In this document: in pieces, positions 27,199 to 38,239 of the stretch
Layout: each line of letters begins with the position of its first letter
How positions within the stretch are numbered: position 1 is the stretch's first letter
Assembly (NCBI GenBank): GCA_030705825.1
Contig: JAUZPR010000003.1
Location: 5,341 to 69,340 of the forward strand
Length of the DNA stretch: 64,000 bases
Direction of reading: 5' to 3'
Source of the DNA: Bacillota bacterium
GTDB taxonomy: Bacteria > Bacillota > Clostridia > Acetivibrionales > JANLFN01
Translations under genes and position numbers: made by a program
Notes under the pieces: model-generated
Seen by the model: the letters and a program-made list of their open reading frames with translations, nothing else
Database searches by the model: none
Told to the model about the DNA's origin: nothing

Positions 27199-30100
27199 AT
27201 GAAAAATTACGGTATGCCCTCAGAGCAGGGTCTTTATAGTCCCCAATATGAGCATGATGCCTGTGGTATTGGATTTGTAGTCAATATAAAGGGAAACAAA
27301 TCCAATGAAATTCTTAACCAGGCTTTAACCGTGCTCAAAAACCTAAGTCACAGGGGTGGCTGCGGAAGCGAGCCCAATACCGGAGACGGAGCTGGAATCC
27401 TGTTTCAGATACCACATACTTTTTTGAAAAAGTCATGTACAAAAATAGGAATAAAGCTTCCTAAACCAGGCGAATATGGTGTGGGTATGATATTCCTCCC
27501 TCCTGATGAAGGTATGCGTAAAGCATGCGAACAGAGATTTGAAGAAATTATCAAAAGCGAAGGCCAGCAGGTACTCGGATGGAGAACTGTTCCTACCGAT
27601 GATTCAAGCCTCGGCAATACCGCTAAAGCTTGTATGCCTTTTATCCGCCAGGTATTCATAGGTAAAGGCAGCGAGAATAAAACAGAACTTGATTTTGAAA
27701 GAAAACTATATATTATACGTAAAAGATCAGAAAAAACTATCCGCTACTCAGGTATCAAGAGTGAATTCTTCTATATTGCAAGTCTGTCCAGCAGAACCAT
27801 AGTATACAAAGGAATGCTTACCGCAGAACAGGTAGAGCTTTTCTACAAGGATCTGCAGGAACCTGCTGTGGATACTGCACTTGCACTTGTGCATTCCCGT
27901 TACAGCACAAATACCTTCCCAAGCTGGGAAAGAGCACATCCTAACCGTTACCTTATGCACAATGGTGAAATTAATACTCTGCGCGGAAATATTAACTGGA
28001 TGCACGCACGCCAGTCCATGCTTGAATCAGAAGTATTTGGTGAGGACCTTTATAAGGTATTCCCAATTATCAGTCCTGACGGAAGTGACTCTGCAATGTT
28101 CGACAATTGTGTTGAATTCCTGATGCTTTCAGGCCGTTCACTTCCCCATGCTATGATGATGATGATACCTGAACCATGGCAGAACCATGAAACCATGAGT
28201 GATGAAAAGAAAGCCTTCTATGAATATCACAGCTGCCTTATGGAACCGTGGGACGGGCCGGCTGCAATGGGCTTCACAGACGGTATAAGGGTAGGAGCCG
28301 TACTTGACAGAAACGGTTTGCGTCCTGCACGTTATTATGTGACAAAGGACGATATGGTTGTTCTTGCATCCGAGGCCGGCGTACTTGATATTGCTCCTGA
28401 ACGTATTCTCAGCAAGGAAAGGCTAAAGCCCGGAAGAATGCTTCTTATCGATACCCAGGAAGGCAGAATTATTAATGATGATGAACTGAAACATACAATA
28501 GCAAATGAGCATCCATACCGTAAATGGCTAGACAAGCATATTATTAAATTTGAAGAAGTTCCTTCTGCTGAACATATACCTGTCCCCAGCCATTCAACAG
28601 TTGCTCAAAGGCAAAAAGCCTTCGGATACACGTATGAGGATCTTAGAATGGTCCTTGGACCAATGTCCAAGGATGGTGTTGATCCTGTAGGCGCCATGGG
28701 TAATGATATACCTCTGGCAGTTCTTTCTAATAGGCCTCAGCTGTTATATGAGTATTTCAAGCAGCTTTTTGCACAGGTTACCAATCCTCCGATAGATGCT
28801 TTGAGAGAGGAAATTGTTACATCCTCGGAAGTTCTTATCGGATCTGAAGGTAATCTTCTCAATCCGACGCCTGAGAGCTGCCGTCAGATAAAGTTAAAAA
28901 CTCCAATTATAGATAACGATGAGCTTGCAAAGCTTAAAAATATAAATATTCCAGGCTTCAAATCCATAACACTTCCGATACTTTACAAGGTATCCGAGGA
29001 CGGAGCCGGCCTGGAAAAAGCATTGAGCGAATTGTATCAGGCTACTAATAAGGCCATACGTGAAGGTGTCAATATAATAATACTCTCAGACCGTGGAATA
29101 AACGAAGAGTATGCTCCTATACCGGCACTGCTTGCAGTATCCGGTCTGCACCATCACCTGATCCGCGAAGGTACTCGTACAAGAATGAGTCTTGTGCTTG
29201 AATCGGGAGAGCCTCGTGAAGTACACCACTTTGCATGCCTTTTAGGATATGGCGCTTCAGCAGTCAATCCATATCTTGCTTTCGAGACCATTGAAGACAT
29301 GATAAATGACGGCAGACTAACTGATACCGATTATGTAAAGGCTGTGCACAAATACCTTAAGGGTGCTACAAAGGGCTGCGTAAAGACCCTCTCAAAGATG
29401 GGTATATCAACCATACAGAGTTACCAGGGCGCGCAGATTTTTGAAGCACTTGGCCTTAATCAGGTTCTTATAGACAGATATTTCACCTGGACTCCTTCAA
29501 GGATCGGCGGTATAGGCATAGATGTTATTGCCCAGGAGACTGCAATGAGACATGCTTCTGCCTTTAAAGGCCGTACCTCCTCCGAGGACGAGTTGAATGC
29601 CGGCGGCTTTTACCAGTGGAGAAAAGACGGAGAATACCATCTGTATAATCCGGAAACAATCCACAAGCTGCAATATTCCTGCCGTACTAATAATTACAAT
29701 ACCTTTAAGGAATATACAAACTCAATAAACGACCAGACACAAAAGCAGTGCACTTTAAGAGGACTGATGGAATTTAAGAAGACCGGCAAATCCATACCAT
29801 TGGATGAGGTTGAATCTGTAGAATCCATCTGCAAACGCTTCAAAACCGGTGCCATGTCCTACGGTTCAATAAGCAAGGAAGCACATGAAGCAATGGCTAT
29901 CGCAATGAACAGGATAGGCGGTAAGAGTAATACCGGTGAAGGCGGAGAAGATCCGGCACGTTTTGTTCCAGAGGCCAACGGGGATTCAAAGTGCAGTGCC
30001 ATTAAGCAGGTTGCATCGGGAAGATTCGGTGTTACCAGTGAATACCTGATAAATGCCAAGGAAATCCAGATAAAGATGGCCCAGGGTGCAAAACCTGGTG

Positions 30101-31794
30101 AAGGCGGACAATTGCCGGGACGTAAGGTTTATCCGTGGGTAGCCAAGGTAAGGCACTCAACGCCTGGCGTGGGTTTGATATCACCGCCACCGCACCATGA
30201 TATATATTCAATAGAAGACCTTGCGGAGCTTATTCATGACCTCAAAAATGCAAACAGGAATGCAAGGATCAGTGTCAAGCTTGTTTCTGAAGTTGGTGTC
30301 GGAACTATAGCTGCAGGTGTTGCAAAAGGATTGGCCGACGTTGTTCTTATAAGCGGATATGACGGTGGAACCGGAGCATCACCAAGAACAAGTATCAGAC
30401 ATGCCGGACTTCCCTGGGAGCTCGGACTTGCTGAGACCCACCAGACATTGTTGCTCAATGACCTGAGAAGCAGAATAGTTGTTGAAACAGATGGTAAGCT
30501 CATGACAGGAAGAGATGTTGTTATTGCTACCCTACTGGGTGCCGAGGAATTCGGGTTTGCTACTGCTCCGTTGGTAGTTCTCGGATGCGTAATGATGAGG
30601 GTATGTAATCTTGATACCTGTCCTGTAGGTGTTGCTACACAGAATCCGGAGCTTAGAAAGAAATTTACAGGCGATCCTCAGTACATTGTAAACTTTATGT
30701 ACTTTATAGCTCAGGAAATGCGTGAAATAATGGCTCAGTTGGGCTTCAGGACTATAGAAGAAATGATAGGCCGCAGTGATATACTGGAGATGTCAAAGGC
30801 AGTTGAACACTGGAAATCAAAGGGTCTTGATTTTTCAAATATATTTTACCAGCCGATAGTGCCCGAAACAGTAGGACGTTACTGCCAGATGTCACAGAAT
30901 CACGGTATAGAGAAATCTCTTGACTGCAATGTTCTGTTGAAGGTGTGCGAACCTGCACTTAAAGACGGACAGAAGGTTGAAGCTATAATACCGATTAAAA
31001 ATACAAACCGTGTTGCAGGAACAATACTTGGCAGCGAGGTTACAAAGAAATATGGTGCAAAGGGACTGCCTGAAGATACAATCAAGCTGCACTTCAAAGG
31101 ATCTGCAGGACAGAGCTTCGGAGCATTTGTTCCAAACGGTATTACCATGATGCTTGAAGGGGATTCCAATGACTATGTCGGAAAAGGCCTTTCTGGCGGA
31201 AAGATAATTGTCCGTCCTCCGAAGGAATCAGACTTTGTTGCCGAAGAAAACATTATTATAGGTAACGTTGCCTTCTATGGAGCAACAAGCGGCGAAGCTT
31301 ATATAAACGGCGTAGCCGGCGAACGTTTCTGTGTAAGGAACAGTGGTGTGAAAGCGGTGGTTGAGTCAGTAGGCGATCACGGCTGTGAATATATGACCGG
31401 CGGACGGGTTGTAGTACTGGGTTCTACCGGACGTAACTTTGCTGCAGGAATGTCGGGCGGTGTTGCATATGTTCTTGACAGGGAAAACAAGTTTAAAGGC
31501 AAATGCAACAAGGAAATGGTAGAACTTGAAAGCATCACCGACCTTGAAGAAATTGAAGAAGTTAAGACTATGGTTAAAAAACATTATGAATATACAGGCA
31601 GTAATCTCGCAAAAGAAATCCTTGATGATTGGGATAACTTGGTCTCTAAATTTATCAAGGTAATGCCTAAAGACTATAAACGTATGCTTCAGGCTATTAA
31701 GCGGGTACATGACGAAGGACTGACCGGCGAAGATGCGCTTATGGCTGCGTTTGAAGCAAACAACCGCGACCTTGCCCGTGTCAGCGGAAATTGA
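27199..31794 (+). CDS. gltB: glutamate synthase large subunit
   Basis: 1531 aa. It has the N-terminal Ntn amidotransferase Cys (HDACGIGF), an FMN/Fe-S central domain and a C-terminal GXGXG beta-helix domain. Confidence 0.95.
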   Translation: MKNYGMPSEQGLYSPQYEHDACGIGFVVNIKGNKSNEILNQALTVLKNLSHRGGCGSEPNTGDGAGILFQIPHTFLKKSCTKIGIKLPKPGEYGVGMIFLPPDEGMRKACEQRFEEIIKSEGQQVLGWRTVPTDDSSLGNTAKACMPFIRQVFIGKGSENKTELDFERKLYIIRKRSEKTIRYSGIKSEFFYIASLSSRTIVYKGMLTAEQVELFYKDLQEPAVDTALALVHSRYSTNTFPSWERAHPNRYLMHNGEINTLRGNINWMHARQSMLESEVFGEDLYKVFPIISPDGSDSAMFDNCVEFLMLSGRSLPHAMMMMIPEPWQNHETMSDEKKAFYEYHSCLMEPWDGPAAMGFTDGIRVGAVLDRNGLRPARYYVTKDDMVVLASEAGVLDIAPERILSKERLKPGRMLLIDTQEGRIINDDELKHTIANEHPYRKWLDKHIIKFEEVPSAEHIPVPSHSTVAQRQKAFGYTYEDLRMVLGPMSKDGVDPVGAMGNDIPLAVLSNRPQLLYEYFKQLFAQVTNPPIDALREEIVTSSEVLIGSEGNLLNPTPESCRQIKLKTPIIDNDELAKLKNINIPGFKSITLPILYKVSEDGAGLEKALSELYQATNKAIREGVNIIILSDRGINEEYAPIPALLAVSGLHHHLIREGTRTRMSLVLESGEPREVHHFACLLGYGASAVNPYLAFETIEDMINDGRLTDTDYVKAVHKYLKGATKGCVKTLSKMGISTIQSYQGAQIFEALGLNQVLIDRYFTWTPSRIGGIGIDVIAQETAMRHASAFKGRTSSEDELNAGGFYQWRKDGEYHLYNPETIHKLQYSCRTNNYNTFKEYTNSINDQTQKQCTLRGLMEFKKTGKSIPLDEVESVESICKRFKTGAMSYGSISKEAHEAMAIAMNRIGGKSNTGEGGEDPARFVPEANGDSKCSAIKQVASGRFGVTSEYLINAKEIQIKMAQGAKPGEGGQLPGRKVYPWVAKVRHSTPGVGLISPPPHHDIYSIEDLAELIHDLKNANRNARISVKLVSEVGVGTIAAGVAKGLADVVLISGYDGGTGASPRTSIRHAGLPWELGLAETHQTLLLNDLRSRIVVETDGKLMTGRDVVIATLLGAEEFGFATAPLVVLGCVMMRVCNLDTCPVGVATQNPELRKKFTGDPQYIVNFMYFIAQEMREIMAQLGFRTIEEMIGRSDILEMSKAVEHWKSKGLDFSNIFYQPIVPETVGRYCQMSQNHGIEKSLDCNVLLKVCEPALKDGQKVEAIIPIKNTNRVAGTILGSEVTKKYGAKGLPEDTIKLHFKGSAGQSFGAFVPNGITMMLEGDSNDYVGKGLSGGKIIVRPPKESDFVAEENIIIGNVAFYGATSGEAYINGVAGERFCVRNSGVKAVVESVGDHGCEYMTGGRVVVLGSTGRNFAAGMSGGVAYVLDRENKFKGKCNKEMVELESITDLEEIEEVKTMVKKHYEYTGSNLAKEILDDWDNLVSKFIKVMPKDYKRMLQAIKRVHDEGLTGEDALMAAFEANNRDLARVSGN

Positions 31795-31808
31795 TTGGGG
31801 GAAGAAGA

Positions 31809-33293
31809 ATGGCTAAACCAACTGGATTTATGGAATATAAGCGTGAGGTTCCCGAAGACCGCCCCCCGCTGGAGCGGATCAAAGATTGGGATGAGTTTCA
31901 CTGCCATTTAAGTGAAGAAAAGCAGCGTATTCAGGGAGCCCGCTGTATGGACTGCGGTACTCCTTTCTGCCACTCGGGTATGCTTTTTAACGGTGCCGCC
32001 TCAGGATGTCCTATAAATAATCTTATTCCTGAATGGAACGAGCTTATTTACAAAGGGCTTTGGGAGGAAGCAATTAAAAGGCTTCATAAAACCAACAACT
32101 TTCCTGAATTTACAGGAAGAGTCTGTCCTGCGCCCTGTGAGGGAGCATGTACACTGGGTATAAATGAACCCATGATTACTATTAAAAACAATGAATGCGC
32201 CATAATCGACCATGCTTACAGCGAAGGCTGGATTGTTCCGGAACCTCCGAAGGTAAGAACAGGTAAAACCATTGCAGTTATAGGTTCAGGCCCTTCAGGA
32301 CTGGCTTGTGCAGACCAGCTTAATAAAGCAGGACATACTGTTACTGTTTTTGAACGTTCGGACAGAGTAGGCGGGCTTCTCATGTACGGAATTCCTAACA
32401 TGAAGCTTGATAAAAAGCTTGTACAGCGCCGCGTAGACTTGATGGCTGCAGAAGGTATAACCTTTAAGACAGGCGTTGAAATAGGCAAGGACCTGCCTGC
32501 CGACAAACTGTTAAAACAGTTTGATGCTGTAGTATTCTGCGGAGGAGCAACCAAGGCAAGGGATCTTGTAGTTGAAGGAAGAGAAAACAAAGGAATATAC
32601 TTTGCTGTAGATTTCCTCAAGGCAAATACAAAGAGCCTGCTGGACTCAAACCTGCAGGACGGAAATTATATATCAGCCAAAGATAAGGATGTAATAGTAA
32701 TAGGCGGAGGAGATACCGGAACTGACTGTGTCGGTACCTCAATAAGGCATGGCTGCAGAAGCGTGGTGCAGTTTGAAATACTTCCCCAGCCTCCTATGGA
32801 ACGGCAGAAAAACAATCCATGGCCCCAATGGCCTAAGGTATATAAAATGGATTACGGCCAGGAGGAAGCAAATGTACTCTATGGAAGCGATCCAAGACAA
32901 TACTGCATAATGACCAAAAAAATTGTCGGGGATGATAACGGAAACGTTAAGGAAATCCACACGGTAAATATAGAATGGAAAAAGGATGATGCGGGAAGGT
33001 TTGTATCAGTTGAAATACCCGGTACTGAAAAAGTATGGCCTGCACAGCTGGTTCTCATAGCAATGGGTTTTGTCGGACCTGAAGATAAAGCACTTAAGCA
33101 GTTGGGTATAGAACAGGATACAAGGTCAAACATAAAAGCCGATTACGGCAAGTTCACAACCAATAAAAAGGGTGTATTTGCTGCAGGTGATATGAGACGC
33201 GGACAGAGCCTTGTAGTATGGGCGATTAATGAAGGACGCGGAGCAGCAAGGGAATGTGACAGATATCTTATGGGATACACAAATTTACCCTGA
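31809..33293 (+). CDS. gltD: glutamate synthase small subunit (NADPH)
   Basis: [11 protein letters not shown]-terminus, Fe-S Cys clusters, [10 protein letters not shown] dinucleotide motif. ATG 31809 follows GGGGGAAG. Confidence 0.95.
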   Translation: MAKPTGFMEYKREVPEDRPPLERIKDWDEFHCHLSEEKQRIQGARCMDCGTPFCHSGMLFNGAASGCPINNLIPEWNELIYKGLWEEAIKRLHKTNNFPEFTGRVCPAPCEGACTLGINEPMITIKNNECAIIDHAYSEGWIVPEPPKVRTGKTIAVIGSGPSGLACADQLNKAGHTVTVFERSDRVGGLLMYGIPNMKLDKKLVQRRVDLMAAEGITFKTGVEIGKDLPADKLLKQFDAVVFCGGATKARDLVVEGRENKGIYFAVDFLKANTKSLLDSNLQDGNYISAKDKDVIVIGGGDTGTDCVGTSIRHGCRSVVQFEILPQPPMERQKNNPWPQWPKVYKMDYGQEEANVLYGSDPRQYCIMTKKIVGDDNGNVKEIHTVNIEWKKDDAGRFVSVEIPGTEKVWPAQLVLIAMGFVGPEDKALKQLGIEQDTRSNIKADYGKFTTNKKGVFAAGDMRRGQSLVVWAINEGRGAARECDRYLMGYTNLP

Positions 33294-33308
33294 TATAAAT
33301 TCTGACAG

Positions 33309-33334
33309 GAACGGTTAGAAATAACCGTTCTTTT
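33309..33334 (+). terminator. rho-independent terminator after gltD
   Basis: GAACGGTT (33309-33316) pairs with AACCGTTC (33323-33330), followed by TTTT. Confidence 0.7.
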
Positions 33335-33355
33335 ATTTACATGCAAAAATGTCGG

Positions 33356-34021
33356 TTATTTAAATCGTGTAAATCTTCTTTTATGCCATTTTCTTATTAT
33401 AAAGGGTATTATAAATAAAGCCGCAATCAGCAGCAAACAAATAGCAAACCTCCAGGAAAACGGGTATTTCAAATTGTCACCAACATAACTAAGTACCAGT
33501 GTTTCCGGAATTAAACCCAAGCAATCTGCTGCTATGAACTGCTTATATTTTATTTCTGCCAGACCTGCTCCAAAATTGATCAAGTCAAATGGGAACAGAG
33601 ATGATAATCTCATAAAGAATAGTACTCTGAACCCATATTTTTTGATATTGCTGTCAAGATACTTTGCACTCTCTCCGGCAAATTTAAGCAGCACTCCCTT
33701 TCCGAACATCCTTGCAATAAAATATGACAGGCTTGCTGAAAGAAATACAGATACCATTGAAAATACAAATCCCATAAAAGGTCCGAAAATACTTCCACCT
33801 ATTATAACCATCAATGTATAGGGCAGGACCAGGAAGAGAGACCTTATTACAAATATCAGAATAAAGATGACTGCGCTTAAATGCCCGTAGGAGCTTATAA
33901 AGTTTTCCACCTTGACAAGTTGCTTAATATTAAAAAGGTCAAGGTTATAGGCAGCAATAAAGGCAGTAAAAAGAAATAACGAGAATATACATAATTTTAG
34001 GATTAACCTTTTATTTTTCAT
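33356..34021 (-). CDS. TVP38/TMEM64 (DedA/SNARE-associated) family membrane protein
   Basis: Polytopic membrane protein with a family-typical layout (FGP..G...S..G...SY...R..G). The start is taken at MKNKRL (34021) rather than the ORF-track 34087. Confidence 0.7.
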   Translation of the reverse strand: MKNKRLILKLCIFSLFLFTAFIAAYNLDLFNIKQLVKVENFISSYGHLSAVIFILIFVIRSLFLVLPYTLMVIIGGSIFGPFMGFVFSMVSVFLSASLSYFIARMFGKGVLLKFAGESAKYLDSNIKKYGFRVLFFMRLSSLFPFDLINFGAGLAEIKYKQFIAADCLGLIPETLVLSYVGDNLKYPFSWRFAICLLLIAALFIIPFIIRKWHKRRFTRFK

Positions 34022-34342
34022 TTTTGTATACCTATTTGTCTTAAATATGTAATTTAGCCTATATACCTCAATATATGCCGGCTGCAATGAAATAAAAACA
34101 CTTGTGTTATAAGTTAATTTTAATTATAATTTTATTATACATAAACTGTGATATGAAATACCAGACAAAAGACATTTTAAATTTTTATATTATTGCTTTA
34201 AAACTTATCAATTATGATCACAGTGAAGCAAACAAAGCTTCTTTATTTATGCAGTTTTATATTTTAAATTATACGTTGCTTAAAATTAAAACCTCAATAA
34301 GGCTTTGTACTTATTCCGGTAAAATTATTTAGGGGTGATGAA

Positions 34343-34900
34343 TTGAAGAGCATAAAAGGTACTCTCCCCAATATTCTGACACTAATAAATTTGTCTCTGG
34401 GAGTAACTGCTATACTTCTTGCAATGAACGACAGGTCGAGAGTTAATTGGTTGATCCCGGCATCATTATTAATAATGGTAGCCGCCTTAACAGATAGATT
34501 TGATGGAAAAGTAGCACGTATGCTGGATGTATCAAGTGAACTTGGTAAAGAGCTGGATTCACTCTCTGACTTGATCTCTTTTGGAGTTGCTCCGGTAATA
34601 ATTGCTTGGAAGATAAGTCTATCAGGACATTTTGGTGTATTTGGGTATCTTATAGCCCTCGTATTCCCAATTGCAGGAGCATTTAGACTTGCAAGGTACA
34701 ATGTATCCACCTTTAATAATGTTTTCAGTGGAATGCCGATTACGGTTGCCGGTGCTTTTCTTACCATAGACAACCTTTATAACTGTTTTGCCGTATTGAA
34801 GGAACGCCGTTTGGGCCTGTTGGAATCAATAATTACCGTAGTGTTGATATTAGGTCTTTCTGCATTAATGGTCAGCAAAATACGTATCAAAAAAATATAA
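34343..34900 (+). CDS. pssA: CDP-diacylglycerol--serine O-phosphatidyltransferase
   Basis: CDP-alcohol phosphatidyltransferase motif DRFDGKVAR...G.ELDSLSDLISFG. TTG start. Confidence 0.85.
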   Translation: MKSIKGTLPNILTLINLSLGVTAILLAMNDRSRVNWLIPASLLIMVAALTDRFDGKVARMLDVSSELGKELDSLSDLISFGVAPVIIAWKISLSGHFGVFGYLIALVFPIAGAFRLARYNVSTFNNVFSGMPITVAGAFLTIDNLYNCFAVLKERRLGLLESIITVVLILGLSALMVSKIRIKKI

Positions 34901-34928
34901 TTGCAGAAAATAATGAGGATAAGTTTTT

Positions 34929-35369
34929 ATGGAGCAGCTGAACAATATGAAGGAATATTCCTGGCGAAGGCCGATAACCTCGGAAACATTGATATCCGGT
35001 GCACTACTTATTGTAATTTTTGACTTGGTAAGATCCTTTTTAGATGGAACTAAAATGAAAACACCGTTACTTATAGTAAATTCAGTTCTGTTATTGTTCT
35101 GTGTTATTGCAGGCTTATATTATTTAAGACTGATAATAGTATCGGGCGATACATCGATTAAATTACTGGATAACGACATAGCTATCAAGCACTGGTCATT
35201 TAAGCAAAGGATTATACCAACAGAGAGCATCCAGGATATAGCTGTTAGTAATAATAATATATTAGCCGCGATAATTCTAAAAGACAATAAGAAAATTATT
35301 CTGAACCTAAAAGGCTTGGAGCAGGAAAAACAACAGGAACTTATAGATTCTTTGATGAATTATAAATAG
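34929..35369 (+). CDS. hypothetical membrane protein (two TM helices + small C-terminal soluble domain)
   Basis: 146 aa. No family recognised. Confidence 0.45.
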   Translation: MEQLNNMKEYSWRRPITSETLISGALLIVIFDLVRSFLDGTKMKTPLLIVNSVLLLFCVIAGLYYLRLIIVSGDTSIKLLDNDIAIKHWSFKQRIIPTESIQDIAVSNNNILAAIILKDNKKIILNLKGLEQEKQQELIDSLMNYK

Positions 35370-35379
35370 GATATACTAA

Positions 35380-35414
35380 AAAGCCATTCAACAAAATTAA
35401 TTGAATGGCTTTTT
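35380..35414. terminator. bidirectional terminator between convergent genes
   Basis: GCCATTCAA (35383-35391) pairs with TTGAATGGC (35401-35409), flanked by an A-run and a T-run. Confidence 0.8.
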
Positions 35415-35439
35415 ATATGATATAATATTAATTTCCATT

Positions 35440-36906
35440 TCAGCCCCACGGAGAGTACTTGCCAGTTTCTGTAGGTTCAAACCTTATTCTGAACTGTGGA
35501 AGCTTTTTTATTTCAGTATAGTAATTTACCGTCCAATCATCTCCCTGTGAGCTGTCATTCCTACCGCTTGCCGGTGGAGCAAAGAGCTTGAAGGATAACT
35601 TTTGAGGCCCTTTTAACGGTTTCCTGTAGAAAGCCGATATCAAATCTATTCTGTCTACACCCGGTTTCTTATAAAACCATTGTCCATTTATCTCCATTAT
35701 AGCATTAAGCCCAACTTCATCAAAAACAACCTCACAAAACACCGGATTACCGCTGAAATCAAGCGGAATTTCAAGGCCATCCGAATCCTCCGCACTTCCC
35801 CAGCGCAAACGTATGGGAAGCTTGGCCTTATCTCCTGAAGACATTTCTGGTAAGAAAAAAGTATCGTTTATTACTTCACGGTAGGTATCCAGCATAGGCT
35901 GCTCTATACCGACTTCAGAATTATTCGGATCTTCTATTTCCAAAGCAAGCCTTCCCCTGTCCCTGAACTGATAGAACGTAATTCCTGTAAGCCATGTGGC
36001 TTCTTCCTTTTTAACTTTCATATAAAAGTCCTTCATCATTTCAGCCTGATCGAAGGGTCCTGTTACGTCTCCGTCGGCATTGAATTCGGAAATTACCAGC
36101 GGTTTTACCTTACCTCCGTTCAAAAAGCAGAATCTTCCCAGGCTGAATTTGTTTGCCTCATAAATATCATCAACAATTTCACGTTTATGGGTTTTGCCCT
36201 TGCGCTCAGCTATTGTATACGGCCATCCCCAGTTAAGTGCCAGATAGTAATCACCTGACCAAATATCAGCAGCTTTAACCGCTTCCTTGAATTCTTCTTC
36301 ATAATCCATTTTACCGGGTTCTTTGTCCGACCGGTCACCTATGCAGATTATAGTTTGTATATTAGGGGCTTCCTTTTTAATGATATTATGGAACCTGACA
36401 AAGAAATCGGCTACCTGCTGGTAGGAATAGCGCTTGTTAAAAGAAAACCATGTACCGTTCGCCTCGTGATTTATGCGAAGGTGCATACGGCCGTAAGGTT
36501 TAAGTTCTCTTGCTATCTGTATAAGATGTTCATCGGATACGGCACAGTCTATGGTCAGGGTCAGTGTTACATCCTGTCCGTGCCTTCTCACATCTTGCAT
36601 GCAGGTAAAAGGTTCTCCATCGGTATTTCCGCCTATTCCGCCCTTATATGTAAAATAGTCGTCATAGGGGTAATCCCATGCAAATTTAACGTCAGGACTT
36701 TTAAATACCTCGCTGGCTCTGCCAGGCCATCCCTTATCCAGCGGATAGTAACAATACATCAGGTTAATGTTTCTATGAGATCTTCCAAGCTTATTGATTA
36801 TATAGTCCTGATTGACATATTCTCCTCTTTCACTGCCGTCTCCGAGATCAACCGCACACTTTGCAGGACCCACATGAAGTTTGTATGCCTCCAATTTGTC
36901 AAACAA
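35440..36906 (-). CDS. hypothetical cytoplasmic TIM-barrel glycoside-hydrolase-like protein (clan GH-A-like) with C-terminal beta-rich domain
   Basis: 488 aa with no signal peptide. RINHEANG (candidate acid/base NE) and VISEFN (candidate nucleophile) are spaced as in clan GH-A enzymes. The family is not identified. Confidence 0.45.
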   Translation of the reverse strand: MFDKLEAYKLHVGPAKCAVDLGDGSERGEYVNQDYIINKLGRSHRNINLMYCYYPLDKGWPGRASEVFKSPDVKFAWDYPYDDYFTYKGGIGGNTDGEPFTCMQDVRRHGQDVTLTLTIDCAVSDEHLIQIARELKPYGRMHLRINHEANGTWFSFNKRYSYQQVADFFVRFHNIIKKEAPNIQTIICIGDRSDKEPGKMDYEEEFKEAVKAADIWSGDYYLALNWGWPYTIAERKGKTHKREIVDDIYEANKFSLGRFCFLNGGKVKPLVISEFNADGDVTGPFDQAEMMKDFYMKVKKEEATWLTGITFYQFRDRGRLALEIEDPNNSEVGIEQPMLDTYREVINDTFFLPEMSSGDKAKLPIRLRWGSAEDSDGLEIPLDFSGNPVFCEVVFDEVGLNAIMEINGQWFYKKPGVDRIDLISAFYRKPLKGPQKLSFKLFAPPASGRNDSSQGDDWTVNYYTEIKKLPQFRIRFEPTETGKYSPWG

Positions 36907-37377
36907 AATTCAAACCCCCCAAATTTTTATCTAAAAGTTTAGTCCATATTTTCTATCAACAAATTTTACACTATATATTTCATTAAAGCAATTACTCGAC
37001 TTAATTCTTATAATAAAATAAAAATTAAGTGAATAGTATTGATTTCAGAAAAAGTTATTAATTGAGATTTCATATCTTATAAAACTATGGATAAAATTTC
37101 TAAATAAGCAAAAAATAGCTTGCCTCTATTTTCCACTGTAAGGACTCATTTTAATATAGTCAATATGATTTCACCTTGAATGGTTTTTGAAGATTACAGG
37201 CATGTTTTTACGCGTTTTTGAATGTGTCAGCATATTTTTGTTAACTATCCTTCTTTGGACACTTATTTTCGAAAATCCAATGTATTAAACAGGCTATTTC
37301 AAAATTAACACCAATTTAAACTTCACCAAACTATGATTTAATATTAAAGATTTATTGTATTAAAAAAATGTTTATAT

Positions 37378-37413
37378 AAAAAATACAGTACCTCTAAAAT
37401 TGAGATACTGTAT
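37378..37413 (-). terminator. terminator of the tRNA-Ser operon
   Basis: AATACAGTA (37381-37389) pairs with TACTGTATT (37405-37413). A T-run follows on the minus strand. Confidence 0.75.
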
Positions 37414-37506
37414 TTGGCGGAGAAGGCGAGATTCGAACTCGCGCTAGAGTTGCCCCTACTAACGGTTTAGCAAACCGTCCCCTTCAGCCTACTTGGGTAC
37501 TTCTCC
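37414..37506 (-). tRNA. tRNA-Ser (anticodon GCU), class II long variable arm, CCA encoded
   Basis: The reverse complement reads GGAGAAG...anticodon loop TTGCTAA...GTTCGAATC...CTTCTCCGCCA. It was folded by hand. Confidence 0.9.
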
Positions 37507-37540
37507 ATGTATAGCCGGATAGTCAGCGTCAAAAACAAGT

Positions 37541-37631
37541 TGGCGGAGAGAGTGAGATTCGAACTCACGGTAGGCTCACACCTACGCCGGTTTTCAAGAC
37601 CGGTGCCTTAAACCAACTCGACCATCTCTCC
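37541..37631 (-). tRNA. tRNA-Ser (anticodon UGA), class II, CCA encoded
   Basis: The reverse complement reads GGAGAGATGGTCGAGTTGG...CCGGTCTTGAAAACCGG...GTTCGAATC...TCTCTCCGCCA. Confidence 0.9.
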
Positions 37632-37656
37632 ACTTTGAATTTTAGCGACGAATAAT

Positions 37657-37685
37657 ATTTTACATTATAAACAATACAATGTCAA
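37657..37685 (-). promoter_or_regulatory. sigma-A promoter of the tRNA-Ser pair
   Basis: On the minus strand: TTGACA (37685-37680), 17-nt spacer, TAAAAT (37662-37657), about 25 nt upstream of the tRNA 5' end. Confidence 0.65.
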
Positions 37686-37737
37686 CCCTTTTCAATTGCT
37701 AGATTGTGGCTATACTGCCCTATTATTACGTTTTACG

Positions 37738-38226
37738 TCATATGGATTTTTCCATCCATACAACATCAAAGTCGACACCCTTCTTTGTACCGGCATTCTT
37801 AAATCTACCGCATTCCAAAAATCCATTCTTCCTATGAAATGCCAGACTAACCTTGTTTTCTGACGAAATCTCTGCAAGAATATTTTTTATACCCATTTGA
37901 GCTGCCTGATTTTCAAGCAGCTCAAGTGCCTTTGCGCCAATTCCTTTACCTACATATTCCTTATCGATAAAATAGCATATTTCTGCAGTCTTTTTAAATG
38001 TCGGAAACGGACTGTACGCTCTTAGGAAGCAAAAGCCTGCAACCTTGTTCGAATCCTTTATGACTAAGGCAGGATAACTGCCTGCCATCTCAAGAATCTT
38101 GCTGAAAAATCCGTAGGGAAGTTTGTTCTCCGGAAATGCTGCAAAGCTGTTTTCTATATAGTAATTGAAGATATCCATAGCCTCGGTTGTATATTCAGCC
38201 GACAGCGGTTCAAAACTTATATTCAT
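37738..38226 (-). CDS. GNAT family N-acetyltransferase
   Basis: The acetyl-CoA binding motif VGKGIGAKALELL and overall layout resemble PAT/YncA-type GNATs. Confidence 0.8.
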   Translation of the reverse strand: MNISFEPLSAEYTTEAMDIFNYYIENSFAAFPENKLPYGFFSKILEMAGSYPALVIKDSNKVAGFCFLRAYSPFPTFKKTAEICYFIDKEYVGKGIGAKALELLENQAAQMGIKNILAEISSENKVSLAFHRKNGFLECGRFKNAGTKKGVDFDVVWMEKSI

Positions 38227-38239
38227 AACTCCCGACTCC

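Noticed and set aside
36355-36942. 195-aa plus-strand ORF; similar cases at 34294-34773 (-) and 39246-39737 (+)
   Set aside because: Each overlaps a better-supported gene on the other strand (the GH-like gene, pssA, and the aminotransferase/MocR genes). They lack an RBS and any family resemblance.
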